The notes under the pieces: model-generated
The model's input: only the letters and a program-made list of their open reading frames with translations
What the model was told of the DNA's origin: nothing
Databases searched by the model: none
In this document: piece by piece, positions 11,535 to 25,152 of the stretch
How the letters are laid out: each line of letters begins with the position of its first letter
Position numbering within the stretch: the first letter of the stretch is position 1
Source of the DNA: Curvularia clavata
Taxonomy: Eukaryota
DNA length: 64,000 bases
Direction: 5' to 3'
Assembly: GCA_023920165.1 (NCBI GenBank)
Contig: CP089278.1
Location: 2,480,001-2,544,000 of the forward strand
Translations under genes and position numbers: made by a program

Positions 11535-12175
11535 TTAGAAAGACGACTTCTATATTCAAAACATGTTTTATCAGCAGAGAATTTTGATCTTTTTGCGATG
11601 TATCCGTGATATGCGGTCGTGGTCGAAAATTATGCAATGAAACAATGTATGGCTTTGTCACTGTCTTAACATTGCCTTGCTACAGCTCGAGAACGGATAA
11701 TGTCTTTCAGTGAGCCGTCTAAAGAATCCATAGAACCCAAGTGTTGCGATTTGTGATCAATTTTAGACAGTGCAATCAAAACTCCGTTTTGAAATCGCTC
11801 ATTTCATTCAAAATCACTACAAACAGCATTAAACATAATATGATAAAGCACGTATATACTTCGACCCTTTGATGTTTATAGAAATACTTATCTCTTATCT
11901 CCTAGAGCCAGAAAATGCATTGTGGGGGGGGGGTTTACGAGCGGCTCAATGTTTTGATGCAGGCCGTTTTTGTTGTACTATTTTAATTGGAATCATTCCT
12001 GATAGTAGGGTTCACGGAATGATTCCGCAACCAATTCCCGATGACGGAATACTCTCTAACCCCGCGTCCGCCCCGCGTCCACCCGTGTCGGTACTTGTAT
12101 GATCGCGTCCTGGCAAAGTACAATGTATTTTTCTTCGTTACATCTCCCAATTTCTCTAGAAACTCAAGTTTCACC

Positions 12176-12982
12176 ATGGCTGCCACAAAAGTTGCCCTAA
12201 TTACAGCAAGTTCAGCGGGCTTAGGGGCCCAAATAGCCCGTACACTTGCACCGGACTTCCGCATCGTAGGTAAATCTATATAGATGTTCAAAACTGTAAA
12301 CTGATTTGACCAGGTAATCAACTACTCATCCAATTCCGAGCGTGCCCAGTCTCTAGTTAAAGAGCTTTCATCCATACCCGGCAGTTCTTCACAGTCGAAT
12401 CCACGCTTCCATGTAATCCAAGCCGATATGTCCTCGAAGCCCTCAGTGCAAAACCTAGTCAAAGAAACACTCGAGAAAATGGGTCGCCTAGACGTCGTAA
12501 TCTCCAACGCAGGCTGGACACGCATGACAACCTTCACAGACATCGAGCAGCAAATCAACGACGACGATTGGGACAAGTGCTTCACCATGAACGTCAAGAC
12601 ACATCTGTGGCTCGCCTACGCCGCAAAAGATGCCCTCGCTGAAACAGAAGGCTGCTTTATTTCGACCGCCAGCGTAGCCGGCGTCAAGCCTAGCGGTAGC
12701 AGCGTCCCCTACGCTGTCACCAAGGCCGCGCAGATCCACCTCATGAAGAGCCTGGCGACTATTCTGGCACCAAAAATCAGGGTCAATAGTATTAGCCCTG
12801 GCATGCTGCTGACGGAGTGGGGACTCAAGTTCCCAGAGGCGAAGCGCAATGCGGCAATTAATAACACGAAGTTGAAGAGGTTGGCGACGGTGGAGGATTG
12901 TGCGGAGCAGGTTAGGGTGCTGGCGCTGAGTCGTAGTATTACGGGGCAGAATATTTGCATTGATGGTGGGTCATCCGTGTAG
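12176..12982 (+). CDS. Short-chain dehydrogenase/reductase
   Basis: VALITASSAGLG (Rossmann variant), SNAG, YAVTK (YxxxK), IRVNSISPG and ITGQNICIDGG. One intron at 12266-12313. Confidence 0.92.
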
Positions 12983-13079
12983 TGAGGAGTGTCAATGTTC
13001 AACAGGTTTAGGATGTAACAAGAGGGTATATGTTAGATTTGATCCGAAATACTCTAGATACTGAAACATTTCTTTGCGC

Positions 13080-15804
13080 CTAGTAGTATTCGTCCTCCTG
13101 TGGCGCACCGACATTGGGCCTAGAGTCGTTTCTATTTCCCCTCAACGCTGCTATGGCGTCTTCATCCTTACGGTATAGATCTTTGAGGTACTTTTTGAAC
13201 GACCGTGACATGTCGACCGTTGCCTCGATGTGCTTTTGCTTGATGATGATGCAACCGCGTGAGTCTTTCTCTTCTTCTGTTTCAGCCAGTGAGACAGCGA
13301 TCTGGAAAGCTAGTAGCGCAGAAGATTTAGTATATTTGACATGAAGAGGGAGACGGATGTGATTATCTCATACCGTTTCTGATTTCTCGGCCATTCCACT
13401 GCAGCTGCTTGAGCTCTTTGGACTCCTCGACATACGCACGTGTGTTATTATGAACTCTGATCTCGCCCTCACGTTCGCGCTCGAGTTTCTGAAAGAATGA
13501 CTCCCAGACTTCTGTTCGCGCTTTGTCGGAAAAGGGTGGGTAGTATATCGTGAGGTTAATGCGGGAAATGAAGGCTTCGTCAAACATTCCTACTCTATTT
13601 GTGGTTAGAAAGAGAATGCCTTGGTAGTACTCCATTGCGCGTAAGAAAGCAGCAACCAGACTGTTGCGCTCAATATCCTGGACGCGCCTGTGTTCCATAA
13701 AGATATCTGCTTCGTCGATTAGCAGGATGGCGTTCCATGCTTTTGCGTATTTGAAGAATTCCATGAGTTTCTCTTCAATGTTGACCGGGTTTGTTCCAAT
13801 GTCCGCGCATGTGATGGTCAGGAGAGGGCGTCCTGCATTGGCGGCAATGCATTCTGGAAGGGAGTTAGTCTAACGTGATGTCACGTATCTGGAGTGTCAT
13901 CATTCACCAGCTGTATACGTTTTTCCAACACCTGGTTTTCCATGCAACAGAAATATTAGTCCTTCTCCTTTGCCTTTGACAAAATCTGGAGACCACGGCT
14001 TTTTCGGCATTTGCTGGTCCGTAACTGCAGAGTTCTTCTCTCCGAATTTTGCCTCCCGTGCTGCTTCTGCTTCCAGTCCGAGGAGGTATTTTTGTGTCAG
14101 GCTTCGAATGAGCTGTTTGACGGATGGGTCCTCCAAAACCAGCGTGTCTAGCATTGACCTATCGTATACAGCTGGTCGAAATCCTGACACTTCTAGCTCA
14201 CCTGCACATATGTCAGTAGGTTCTAGGAAGAGTACATAAAGAAGTGTTCATACTCCATTGGCGTTGCTTCAGCACATAGGCATGTGTACTGCGGTGGCAT
14301 AGAAAATATTGGTGGTCCGTCATGCCCGAAACATTGAGAGGATTGATATTCGAATAGCCGCTGAATTTGAACGGCTTGGTATGCGAGGTCATTATCTTGT
14401 GACAAACATCGCAACAGTGACGGTCAAGGAGCAACCCATTGTCAGTTTCGAAATTGTATGCAAGCGGTGGCCAAGCTTCAGAGGTTGAATCCAAGCTCAT
14501 TGAGTACCGATCAGGATCTGATACGACTAGTCCTTCAATCTAGCAACAGTTAGAATCACCGCAAGACTGGATCTTATAAAACTCACAGGTCGGCGCGGAA
14601 ACGTGGTAGTATAGCCTCGAAAGTCCCAGCAACTTTGTCGTCTCAGCTGGAAGAATGTCTTCCCTCTCTGCTCAAAAAAATGCCTAGCTTCTTCTCTTTC
14701 TCCCCAAACTTTGTTGTTGACACGGTGTTCGAATGGATGAAGAACCATGGAACTGATCTTCATTTCCCCTGCGAAGGGCTCGATTGTGACCATGGATTTA
14801 GCCGGGCCAATGTGTAACACATCAGCAGACATGTTCCAGATTTCGAGGGAATATGTTCGAACTGATCCATTCACGACTGCACAATCCATGGACCCCATTA
14901 CATGAGGTTGATACTCGCCGATAATGTCCTTGTCGTATAGCACATCGATTCCGGGAGGGAAAAGAAGCCACAGCATGTCATATGTAACCATGCCCCTTTC
15001 GTGGCGCTTGCGTTCATCTTCAACAGCTGTTCCGATCGATGCTTTTACAAAATCTCTAACGATGCCAATATGTTTGTAAGCATACTGACCCGGGCAACTC
15101 GTTCCAATACAACTTGGCGATGCGAAGCTTTCCTGATACTTGGCGAGAGCGTCGTCGTAGTGCACCAACAATGCGTAGGGCCACTTTACTTTCAATTTTC
15201 TTGCTCCAAGGTCGTATCCTGGGGCATACTCAACCACGCATCGCAAAGCTTCTAGAACCGCTGGTGAGGTGATTTCGATGTAGGAACCAAGGCGTGTTTC
15301 ATATGGCGGCAGCTTAACGTCTTCGTCATCCTCCGGCTTATGCTCTGTCTTTTTGGTTTCTCCTGTCGTGTCTATCGAATCCGGTGTCGGGTTCACTAAA
15401 AATTCTTTGGCATTGGCTTCAAGCCAGGTATTTCGAACATCAACAACTTTCCTGCAAAGATTCATCAATTCAGAGCCTCAAGACATTATAGTTATAGATT
15501 CTTACATAACCGGCGACTGGGTTAGAACATCCTGTTCAAAATTATGCGCCCGCCTTTTCAGCGATCGACTGTGCAGATGTTCCAGGGCTGCATTCACATA
15601 GCGAATCTCATAGGTTATCTCATCTGGATCTTTGGGCTCGTTCTCTTTAGCAACACTCTTGTTGGCCTGCACACGGGCTTCTTTCCGCTCATTGAAATCG
15701 CCATCTTCAGAGACACTTGTATTGGCGTCATTCGTGGAGGGCATACCAACCGCTGAGTCTCGAAAAGTAGTGGCCATTTCGTCTTCGTACTGGACGAGGT
15801 CCAT
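13080..15804 (-). CDS. Fungal AAA+ ATPase with a long N-terminal domain (DUF7025-type family), 6 exons
   Basis: Walker A LLHGKPGVGKT, Walker B ILLIDEAD, FLRAMEYYQGILFLTTNR, FDEAFISRI and WNGREIRN. N-terminal ALRCVVEY..P and TYDMLWLLFPPG. Five GT-AG introns give a continuous frame. The start codon choice is uncertain. Confidence 0.9.
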
Positions 15805-16302
15805 GTTAGAGGTATACTTGGAGCAAAGGATGTCTTCCAGCTGGGAAAGCTCACAAAAGTCGTATGATATGGGAACAGCCCCCAAATATGAGAAGCCTAG
15901 AGAACACATGTTACTGGCGTTCTAGGGTCTCAGCTCCAACCGAATGGCCCCCACACCTCAAGAGCGGCTCGACGCAAGCCGAACTGTTACTTTGAGCGCC
16001 GCTTGTATGAAAACGGATCAGGCCGATTACTCAAAAGTGGGGCACAATTGAAGGTGGATAAACTGTAGTATATGGCGCAAGGCTGTGCGTTTCTTCACCC
16101 AATAGAGCCTCAACACGTCGAGTCAGCCAGCCGAGAGGCTTACATGCGTGTAACCCATCCATGTTTAAGTAGGCAGTCGCCGAGACATCCTTTCCAGCCT
16201 GCTTGTGGTGGCGGCAAGGCTGAACATGGAAACCTTAGAGACTTATAAGGCTCTCAGATTGATGTGATTTGGAACACGATTGCGACCGGGCAAAATGTGA
16301 AC

Positions 16303-18420
16303 ATGGCGGAATACAAAGCATCTGAAGAGGAGCAATTCGTTCCAAGAGAAATTGTGCGCGCCTTCTCCATGCGCATCCGCGAGGAATATGAAAGTGGCGT
16401 CGAGGGCGAGACGGAACTAGGGCGGGTTCTCGTGGACAAGGCCAGAGACGATGAGAGTCAACAAAAGAAACGCATCCGGCAGATAAACGAGTATCTCAAT
16501 TCGACGAGGTAAGATCTTTCGCGGGTTAGTGACTTTTGTTTCATGATAGCTGATCAGGTGCAAAAACGTAGACCCCAGGAGCTCGCGAAATTGAACCAAC
16601 TCAGGCGGTCCCTAGAGTTGTCTATGCACGATTTCTGTGTCAGCATTCAAAAGTCCCGGTCCCAAGATGTTTCGCCCAAGAAGATCGACTCTTGGGAGGA
16701 TGTCACGTCAATAGTTGAAGGCGTCATGGGTCGCCTGCAACAGAAGAAAGAGACAGAGAAATTTCGCCGTGCCACCAAGCACTTCCGTACCTTTTGCAAC
16801 ACCATCAAGTCCCATTCCACAGCCTTGAAAATGCTACCGACAAACAACGACTATGTCAAAGTCTTTTATGGGGCTCTTGCTACAGTGATTCAGGTTCGTG
16901 TTACAAGAATATTCGTCTGAAAAGAAAACGCGTTGACATTGCTACAGGCATCCGAGGGCTATACCAAAGTGATGGAGGCCTTACCCAGAGCGCTCGTTGA
17001 GATCAACGATGCTGTAGCCGCAATAGAGAAGCGCTCGTGGCTTTTTGAAAACGACACGATGAAAAGTTACATGTGGCGGATTTATAGTCAGATATTCGCA
17101 TTTCTGGGAGAGGTCATCCGCTGGTATACCAAGCGATCTGCTCAGCGCCTCCTAAGTAGTTTCAATGAGCATCTACTCGAGTTCTTCGACGACCAGGTCG
17201 AGGAGATTAAAAAGCTAGCAAAGCTAGTTCACGACGAGGCCGATTTCCGTGCGCAGGCTGATGCGCAGATCAACAGACTTTATCTCGAGGAAATGGATGG
17301 CAAGATGGATAGGTTCATGAAAGAACTTCGTGAAAGAGACGCTGCTCACCGCGATGTTTCAGCTCAACGATACGAACGATTCCATGAAGCATTGGAGAAA
17401 AGGCGACGGGACGAATTGTGGAATGAGGACATCCTCCAAAACGTACTGATGGATACCTGGAACAAAATGAGGAGGCAAGACACGGGAACAGCAATATCCG
17501 AGATCCTGGAGGCAGACGCACGAAAGCAGCTTGCTTGGCGAGACGACTCAGAGCAGGTTCAGAGAGCTCAAAACGACGAGGTATCTGGATCAAGCCAAAT
17601 AATTGAAACGCGCACAATCATGCAAAGAAGTATCGAGGATTCTCCTGTATCTCAAGTCACTCGAGATGCACTACTGCTGAGCTCCTCTGACCTAGAAGAC
17701 TACTTTGACCGCGCCAAACTCGCTATACCCGGAGCACTTGAGACCAATTCTATGCTTGCGGATCCAAATGTGGCAGATCAGATAAGATCTTGGGTTATGG
17801 CAACCAATTCTCAGATTCTGTATACCTGTGGTACAGACCCTTTCGAAGAAAGCTCTCAGAGCTTGGGCGCTGTGGGCCAATACATGACGGTCATACGACA
17901 GGCAGGTCTGCCCGTATGCTCGTACTCTTGCTCACTCTCGACGGAGCCCCCACCTAAAGGCCGTACGCGCGAGACGATAGAGCTAGTGGCTTTGGTGTAT
18001 AGTCTGATACGGCAGTCGATTGAACTTCTTCCACCTGCAATTGAATCCGACAACCAAACGATTCAGGATTTTCAATGGGACAAACTCGACGGGACATTGA
18101 GAACTTTCCCGCTTGCATTTGAGATTCTAGACGCCCTATTACGCGCGACCAGACATGCAGTTGTCTTCATCATTATCGATGCCATTGACCTCCTGGATGA
18201 TCCAAGCCATAGGAGTACCGATCGATGGCTATCAGGTGTCCTGCAGTTGTTCAAAAACCTATTGACCTCTGTGAAAAGCACGACTTTCAAGATATGGCTC
18301 AACTCCAGTGGACGTTCACCAATACTGCTCGAGTCCCTCGAACCGCATCAGATTGCATTCTCCGGTTCATCAGGGAGGTCAAGTCGGCGGGTACTTGGCA
18401 GTGAATTTATAATGCTATAG
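16303..18420 (+). CDS. Degenerate NACHT/STAND-like protein: helical N-terminal domain plus NACHT-like fold without a P-loop and without C-terminal repeats (~666 aa)
   Basis: Exons 16303-16508, 16572-16893, 16948-18420. SWEDV..., LKMLP..DY..VFYGAL..VIQAS and IYSQIFAFL...IRWY resemble fungal NLR N-terminal helical domains (Goodbye/DUF7708-like). IRSWV...SQILY.CG, LVYSLIRQ and VFIIIDAID are NACHT-like. Confidence 0.75.
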
Positions 18421-18523
18421 CGCCCAGAAATTTCGTTCCTGAGCTACACCAGACGGTCACGTCGAAAGCTTTTTTTTATTATTGTTCATTTCTTCATATA
18501 CTGTCGTGACTGTTCATGATATA

Positions 18524-19951
18524 CTAACGATAGGTGTCAGAGGCTTCCCATTCCTGCCGGATCATAACTTGACGAGACTCTTGACTGACTATAGAGGCGC
18601 TCTCGTCCTGGTAGCACTGCACTCCATCCTTTGCTTTTGATGCCAATGTTGTCATCTTAGATTTCCGCTTCGAGCGCCCTTGTATTGATGTAGTGTGGGC
18701 TTGCGGCGTGGTGTCTTGGGGCGCAGCTTTCGTTCTCGATTTCCACTTCGTCAATGATCTCAACTCGAAGCTTGTTTGTGCCCCGCTGACTTCGCCTGTT
18801 GTTGGATCTCTTGCATAGGCCAGAGATAAACCCGTGGTTTTGAACCCCTGGGTAAAGCCTTTGAGTATGGGCGTTGTGGCGGATATGAGGCTATAAGATA
18901 AAAGAGTATCTTGCCAAGCGACTGTCGAGACGATTTGAATAGCTGATTGACCGTTTTGGGCAAAGTCAGAGTACGCGAGCATGTACATAATCGAGAATAC
19001 AATGTTCCTAAGAGATACCATCATTATTTCATCCAGTATACTTAGTGCTGAAGATGTGGTGACTTACGGTACTCTGGTAGAAAATGCCACCATGACGATA
19101 AACTTGTCCTCCATGTCCATTTTATTGCCGTAGAGTCCCAAAACTGGTAACAGAATAATGGCAACTTCGCTGAAGATGTCGCCGGCGGTAAGTGCTTGAA
19201 TCCATGGGGCCTAAATTGTGAGAATGCACTTAAAATCTCAGATCTCCAAAGAGGAAGGGCTACAAAAACTTACAGAATCAATGCAATGACCAGATCCAAA
19301 TCTGGGTATGATGCCTTCGATTGAACATCCAACCGGAACTGAAATCATTCCAACTAAGCCCCATACTACAAGAAACGCTATGGTAACGTATGCTGCATAT
19401 GTGACCCTGGGCATGCGTCCAAAGACTTCCGAGACAAGAACGAGTATCGAGCATTTGGATAATGTGAGTGCAATGTAGAGTAAGATACGGCTGGCGAAGA
19501 AGGTCTGGTCATACGTTTCAGTACGTGTTCTCTTTTTTTTGAAGATATTGCCAATGGGGCAGCGTCGCTACTGACCCGCTGAACTTGCGATATTTCAGCA
19601 TCGTCAAGAATATCATACGATTTTCCAAGACCATGTCCCACGGACCAGAGCAGCACACCCCACATACCAAGTCCTGCGACCTACAGTGCCATCAGCTGTT
19701 TCGTCCTAAAGAGCTAGCGGGAATATTCGAATCCATACGTATGCCAAAATGACGACGATATCGTCAGAGCCGAACGCTCTCCATTTTGTGTACCCCAGAC
19801 GTACTCCCAGAACCAGGGTAGCATAGATAGGCGCTAGTAGGGTTACAATCCACAGCGTAGCACTATGATCATCGGGCGTGATGCGAGCAAAGCGGTAATC
19901 TTCCGCTCTAACCATGTGTCGAGAAGTGGGCGTCAAATCCATTTGTTGCAT
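18524..19951 (-). CDS. PTH11-like (fungal rhodopsin-domain) integral membrane protein without CFEM, 5 exons
   Basis: LGVRLG.....FGSDD, VGHGLGK, LSKCSIL, DIFSEVAIILLP, VMVAFSTRVP and YSLISATTPILK. Four GT-AG introns restore frame. The start may be at 19942. Confidence 0.85.
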
Positions 19952-21364
19952 GCAACAAAATGGAAACGAAGAGCAGGTATTGCCGAAGTGTCAGAAAGAC
20001 CACTTTACTTGTATGTTCTGAATTCGGTGCTGATACCCAAGAGACTGGTAAGCAGGGCAGGCACAGACGCATACGAGAGACGAGAGCCGGACCACTCATG
20101 TCGGACCACTGCCCTGAGAATTGCAGGGAGCCCAGAGAGTACCACCTAGGGATGCAGAAATCTATCTGGCAATTTTGAGCCTATTGATCGAGACCTGTCT
20201 TGAAAGATTTTGTCGCGAGCTTAGATTGCACAAGAGATTATTAGGGCCGAGCACCACACAGACGGTGCAGCTGGTTCGATGTTCTATGGATTTTCTATGC
20301 AGCCACATCGACTCGGTGCCGTTTCAACACACGGAAAGGAACGCGCGTCAGAAGTCATAGAATTGATGCCTGGATCGATGGTGACCACTGTTTCCACCAG
20401 GTGTAGCAGGCAAGTTTTTTTGGACGGGGCCGGTTAAATATGGTGTCTTCGGCCACATGGCCGAGGTAGGTGCAGATGCACCGATGAAGTTAAGCTGATC
20501 AGGTCAGACCGCGAGCCGGTAATTGTATATGTGGGCAACAGTCGCTCCGTGGGAATTCAAGTGAAGGATGTGGCGTGGTGATTGGAAAGGTCACTCCACA
20601 CGACCGTGCACGGGCTGCGGCTGTCCCGCGTCGCCTAACTCTGGGCCGGCCCAGCTAGTCCCCTTTGCACTAATTTGCGCATCAAGCGGCCGTGGCCGCA
20701 GCCACCGCCCACGCTACTTACTTGCTTCGTTTTATCCCCCAGCCAGTTTTATGGCTTGGCGACGTCTGATGCAGATTCTGGACTGTCAGCTTGCTGTGTG
20801 CACGCAGAATTCTTACTCCCTCCCAAAGTTTGTTGCTCCTCCAGTTCTCGTATACTGGGGAACTATCACGTCACCCTAATTCGCATCGGATCGAACAATG
20901 TTCACATGGAGCGATTCGATATTGACAGGGGGAAATTTGTTCGTATAAGGATCGTACCTCGATTTGCCCCGAATGGCTTGCTCCCGATGCACAGGCACCG
21001 TCCCAGACCGAGCTGCATAAACCAAGTCCCCCTTGTCATGATTCTGCACACTTATTCGCGGGAGGATACAGATCCCGTTTTGCACCATGCCCCCGACGAC
21101 CCTTCCCAACAACTTTCGCCAATCATCTTGCCTTGGCTCTTGTGGACTAGAAGACCCTCCGGCAGAATAGATAGTCTCTTCGTAATATCCCTGGACGGCC
21201 TAGGTGAAGCATGCATGGCAGAGGCGCTCCTCGGAGAAAATGCATCCAGGGATTTTGTGCCATAAACCCTAATTTGCCTGGTCACTTTGACAGCCTCTCG
21301 GGTCGTTCACGCCCTTTCTTTTGCGCTGGGAGCCCTTCTCTTGGCAAAAAAAAACACGACAACC

Positions 21365-23190
21365 ATGAAAGGCCCTATAGACACGACCACTTCCACCGAT
21401 AGCGTCGAGCTGGCCAATACGCCCGCCGTGAACGAGAAACATGGCACACAAAGAGACGAATCGGATATGGATCGCATGGGCAAGATCCAGCAGCTCAAGG
21501 TGCGTTTGAACGAGTTTTGCGACAGTTCCATGGGGATCTAACCAGGATCAGCGACAATTCAGGTTCTTAACTATCTACGGTTTCGGTGTAGTACTTGCCA
21601 ACACTTGGGAATATGCATTGATGTAAGTTGCTCGTACACTGATTTGGAAAACATGCTAACATACACCCAAAGCGGTGTTGGTATCTCTCTCTATAATGGA
21701 GGGCCTGCTGGCGGCATATGGATGCTACTTGTCGTCTGTTCTGGCATGTTTTGTGTTACACTCTCCTTCGCTGAGATGGTGTCAATGTGAGTAGCACGTC
21801 ATTGGGAACAGAAGCATAGCTTATCAGCTTCAACAGGGCTCCAACAGCTGGTGGACAATACCATTGGGTATCGGAACTAGCACCGCGGAAGCATCAAAAG
21901 TTGATTAGTTACATCGTCGGTACGTTGTCCTTTCTTCCAGACATTAGAGTGTTACGCTAAAGGCTTTAATCTAGGCTGGCTAACTGTCATTGCATGGCAA
22001 GTTTACGTGGCCGGTACTGCATATGCGGTGGCCCAGCAAATCCAAGCTCTGATAGCATTGAATATGCCATCCTACGTAATCCAGGGCTGGCACGGTACAT
22101 TGTTGTCCATTGCCATCACCATATCCTCTATCACATGGAATACACTTCTGGTCAACAAGCTACCCCTCATGGAGGGTGTGGCCCTTTGCCTCCACATTTT
22201 TGGATTCTTCGCCTTCATCGTCGTGCTATGGGTCATGGGTCCGCGCTCCAACGTTCACGACACCTGGACCAAATTTGAAGACCCCAGCGGATGGGGCAAC
22301 AAAGGACTCGCTACCCTGGTCGGCATTCTTGGCCCTTCGCTCACCATCGGCGGATCTGACCTAGCTGTTCACCTGGCTGAGGAGGTTAAGGACGCCGCCT
22401 ATGTTTCTCCAAGAGCCATGGTAGCCACATCTCTCACAAACTACACGTTGGCTTTCATTATGACTGTCACCATGTTCTCAACTTTGGGTAGTGATCTGGA
22501 TTCAATCCTCAACACCCCTCTTGGGCAGCCTTGGATCCAGATTCTGGCCAACGCAACTCAGTCAAAAGCGGCTACTAACATCATGACAATCATCATTATT
22601 CTCATGTTGCTATTCTGCTGCATCAACCAACTAACGGCTGCATCGCGCCAGCTGTGGTCCTTTGCTCGTGACGAAGGTCTTCCGTTCGCTGGTTGGCTCT
22701 CTCGTGTAACGGCAACCTTTCCTGCTCTTAGTACTTCAACTAACACCACTTCTAGGTGCCACATGGCAGGGATATTCCCATCAACTCAGTGGTGTTTACC
22801 TTCGTCTTCACGGCACTTGTGTGTCTCATCATCATCGGCTCACCTATCGCCTTCAACATCATTATCGCACTAGGAACAGTCAGTGGTTCCATCGGCGATA
22901 TCACTGTCATATCCTGCATGATCAGGAAGAGACTGGTGGGCGAACCTCTCCTTCCGTCCCGATTCAGTCTTGGCAAGGCAGGCATATTTTTCAACATCGG
23001 CGCCGTCTTGTACACTTCGCTTGCGGTTGTCTTCCTCGCCTTCCCAACATTACCAAATCCTTCGTTGGTGGACATGAACTGGGCCAGTCTCATGTTCGGC
23101 ATTCTCATATCTTTTGCCATGATCTACTACTTTATTTTTGGCAGGCACAACTACAAGGGCCCGGTCGAGTACGTCAAGAAGACGATGTAA
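21365..23190 (+). CDS. APC-family amino acid/GABA permease, 6 exons
   Basis: DMDRMGKIQQLKRQF, LYNGGPAG, AEMVSMAPTAGGQYHWVSE, HLAEEVKDA and SRQLWSFARDEGLPF. Five canonical introns. Confidence 0.92.
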
Positions 23191-23717
23191 AGGGCCCCTC
23201 TAGCATGGTGAAGGACAGATGCAATTTCGCAGTATGTGGCTTGATGTTGGTGCCATCACTGTATATACTCAAGATGGATCAGCAATTAGTCAGACCATAC
23301 GCCGAAAAATAGTTGCTTGCTTGACCTGCTCCTCGAGTTATGTGTGTATTGTATTACTTTGCTACAGTGAGTCCAATGTGCAGCTCTCGCCTAGAATCCT
23401 TCTGGGAACCATCATATAAGCTCAATCTAAAAGTCACTTATTACTTCAACCAATTCACCAACAATTCGCGTACTGTAGACACAAAACGGTAACTCTCATC
23501 CATACTCACTCTTCCACAACTGATGAAACCGGAAAGTGGCGATCTACTTCAAAAGTAGATGTATTTGTCCCAGTTACTTACTATTTGCTATTTTAGTAGC
23601 TTGTCGATGAAGATAAGCTCTTTTTGATTTTCCGGTTCCGTTAATTGTAAAAGAAGCTCACAGCAGAATAGAACCAGTCAGTCCAAGACGCAATAAACCG
23701 CTCATAAATTCTCAAAA

Positions 23718-25152
23718 TCAGCTTGGATATGTCGCACTCCAGGGCAAATACCCATCATCCTGAAAGATGCTCTCGAGCTGGCGTCTCCTCACCCCAACAT
23801 TACCCCCGTCGAACAGGGGAAGGCATGCAGCATCCTGCAAAAGCGTCGAGAACGGCATATCGTTTGCATACGACTTCCTGTGCACACAAAGCCGTTAGGT
23901 CCATGTACTATACGCAGACACTAAAGAAAGCAGGAAAGAGCAACTTACATGCCAACAACACTCATACAACTCAGCACCACCTGCGTCACCTGCTCGCTGC
24001 ACCAGATCTTTGCCTCCAACGCAACCTCCAGTCTTGCCTGCCAGCTCACCGTCTCCTCCTTACTCTCGAGGACACACATAGCTTTCCACACCAACGCGCG
24101 CGCAGCCTCAATCTTCATCTTCGCATCAATCAACCGATCACTCACACTCTGATGCTCTACAACAGGTACTTTGCCACCTCGATGCTCCTTCTTGCAAAAG
24201 GCGAGCGCGGCTTCGAATGCGTGACGCATGACACCAACGCACATCGCACCGACTATGGCAGCAGACATGCCGAATGTCTTTTCGACTACTTGCGCACCCT
24301 CTCCTGGCTTGGCTAGCAAGTTCGTGGCGGGCACTTTAAAGTTGGTGAAGCGTGAGTGGGGTCCATTGACGGATTTGTGGCCGCCTAAGTCTGGATCCGA
24401 TAGGACTTCGTAGGCAGAGGGAGGATTGGAGGCAATTTCAGAACGTGTGACGAGCAGGATGAGAATGTTTGAGGAAGGATCAGAGGTGGGGTCTTGGGGG
24501 ACACCGGGTCTTCCCTGGCGACAGACAATACATTGGAGGTCAGCGCCACGCTGATCCCATCCTCCTGAATTAGTAGTCCAGAGCTAGACAATGGTAAGTA
24601 TGAAGGCGTCGGCGATTGGGGTAAGCGACTGAAGTCCGCCTAAACACACACCTTTTCTCCGTTGATTACCCATTCATCTCCCTCTAGGTAAGCGGTCGTC
24701 TGCAAGCCTGGTGCTCCTTTCTCCAGCCAATTGGCGGTTCCTTGAGGTTCACTGTGTACGAAGCTCGCGAGTCTCTGCCCACTCTGCTCTAGAAACGGAG
24801 TGAGGAATTTCTCATGTTGTTCTTTGCTGCCGGCCAGAATTAAAGGCGTTAGACCCAATCCAGTTCCTAATATGGTGATTGCAGTACTGGGCTCCACGGC
24901 GTGGAACTCTTCTATCACAATGGCCGCATCCACAAGGCCGCCAGAAGTGCCTCCTAGAGGTAAAGGTATTTGTCCTTTAATAAGACCGGCGGACACTGCA
25001 CTTTGGTAAATGGGGAGGGTGGCCTGAAAGCGCTCCGTCTGTGTGGCGAGGTTGGAATAGAGTGCTGGGGCTGTGGATAAAACGGAGTTTGCAAAGGCAT
25101 GGGCATTAGCCCGGAGCTCCTTTTGTTCAGGAGTCAGAGAAAAGTCTATCAT
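23718..25152 (-). CDS. Nitroalkane oxidase-like flavoprotein (acyl-CoA dehydrogenase superfamily), 3 exons
   Basis: IDFSL, RFQAT, GLIKGQIP, HSEPQGTANWLEKGAPGLQTTA, NSGGWD and C-terminal PLFDGGNVGVRRRQ match my recollection of Fusarium oxysporum NAO. Confidence 0.88.

Noticed and set aside
20675..21265. 196-aa ORF between the PTH11-like gene and the permease
   Set aside because: Non-ATG start, no motifs, and it lies in a divergent promoter region.
1883..25152. Possible nitrogen-metabolism cluster (Moco genes, two permeases, nitroalkane oxidase)
   Set aside because: The genes are interspersed with unrelated ones, and there is no nitrate/nitrite reductase or pathway regulator.
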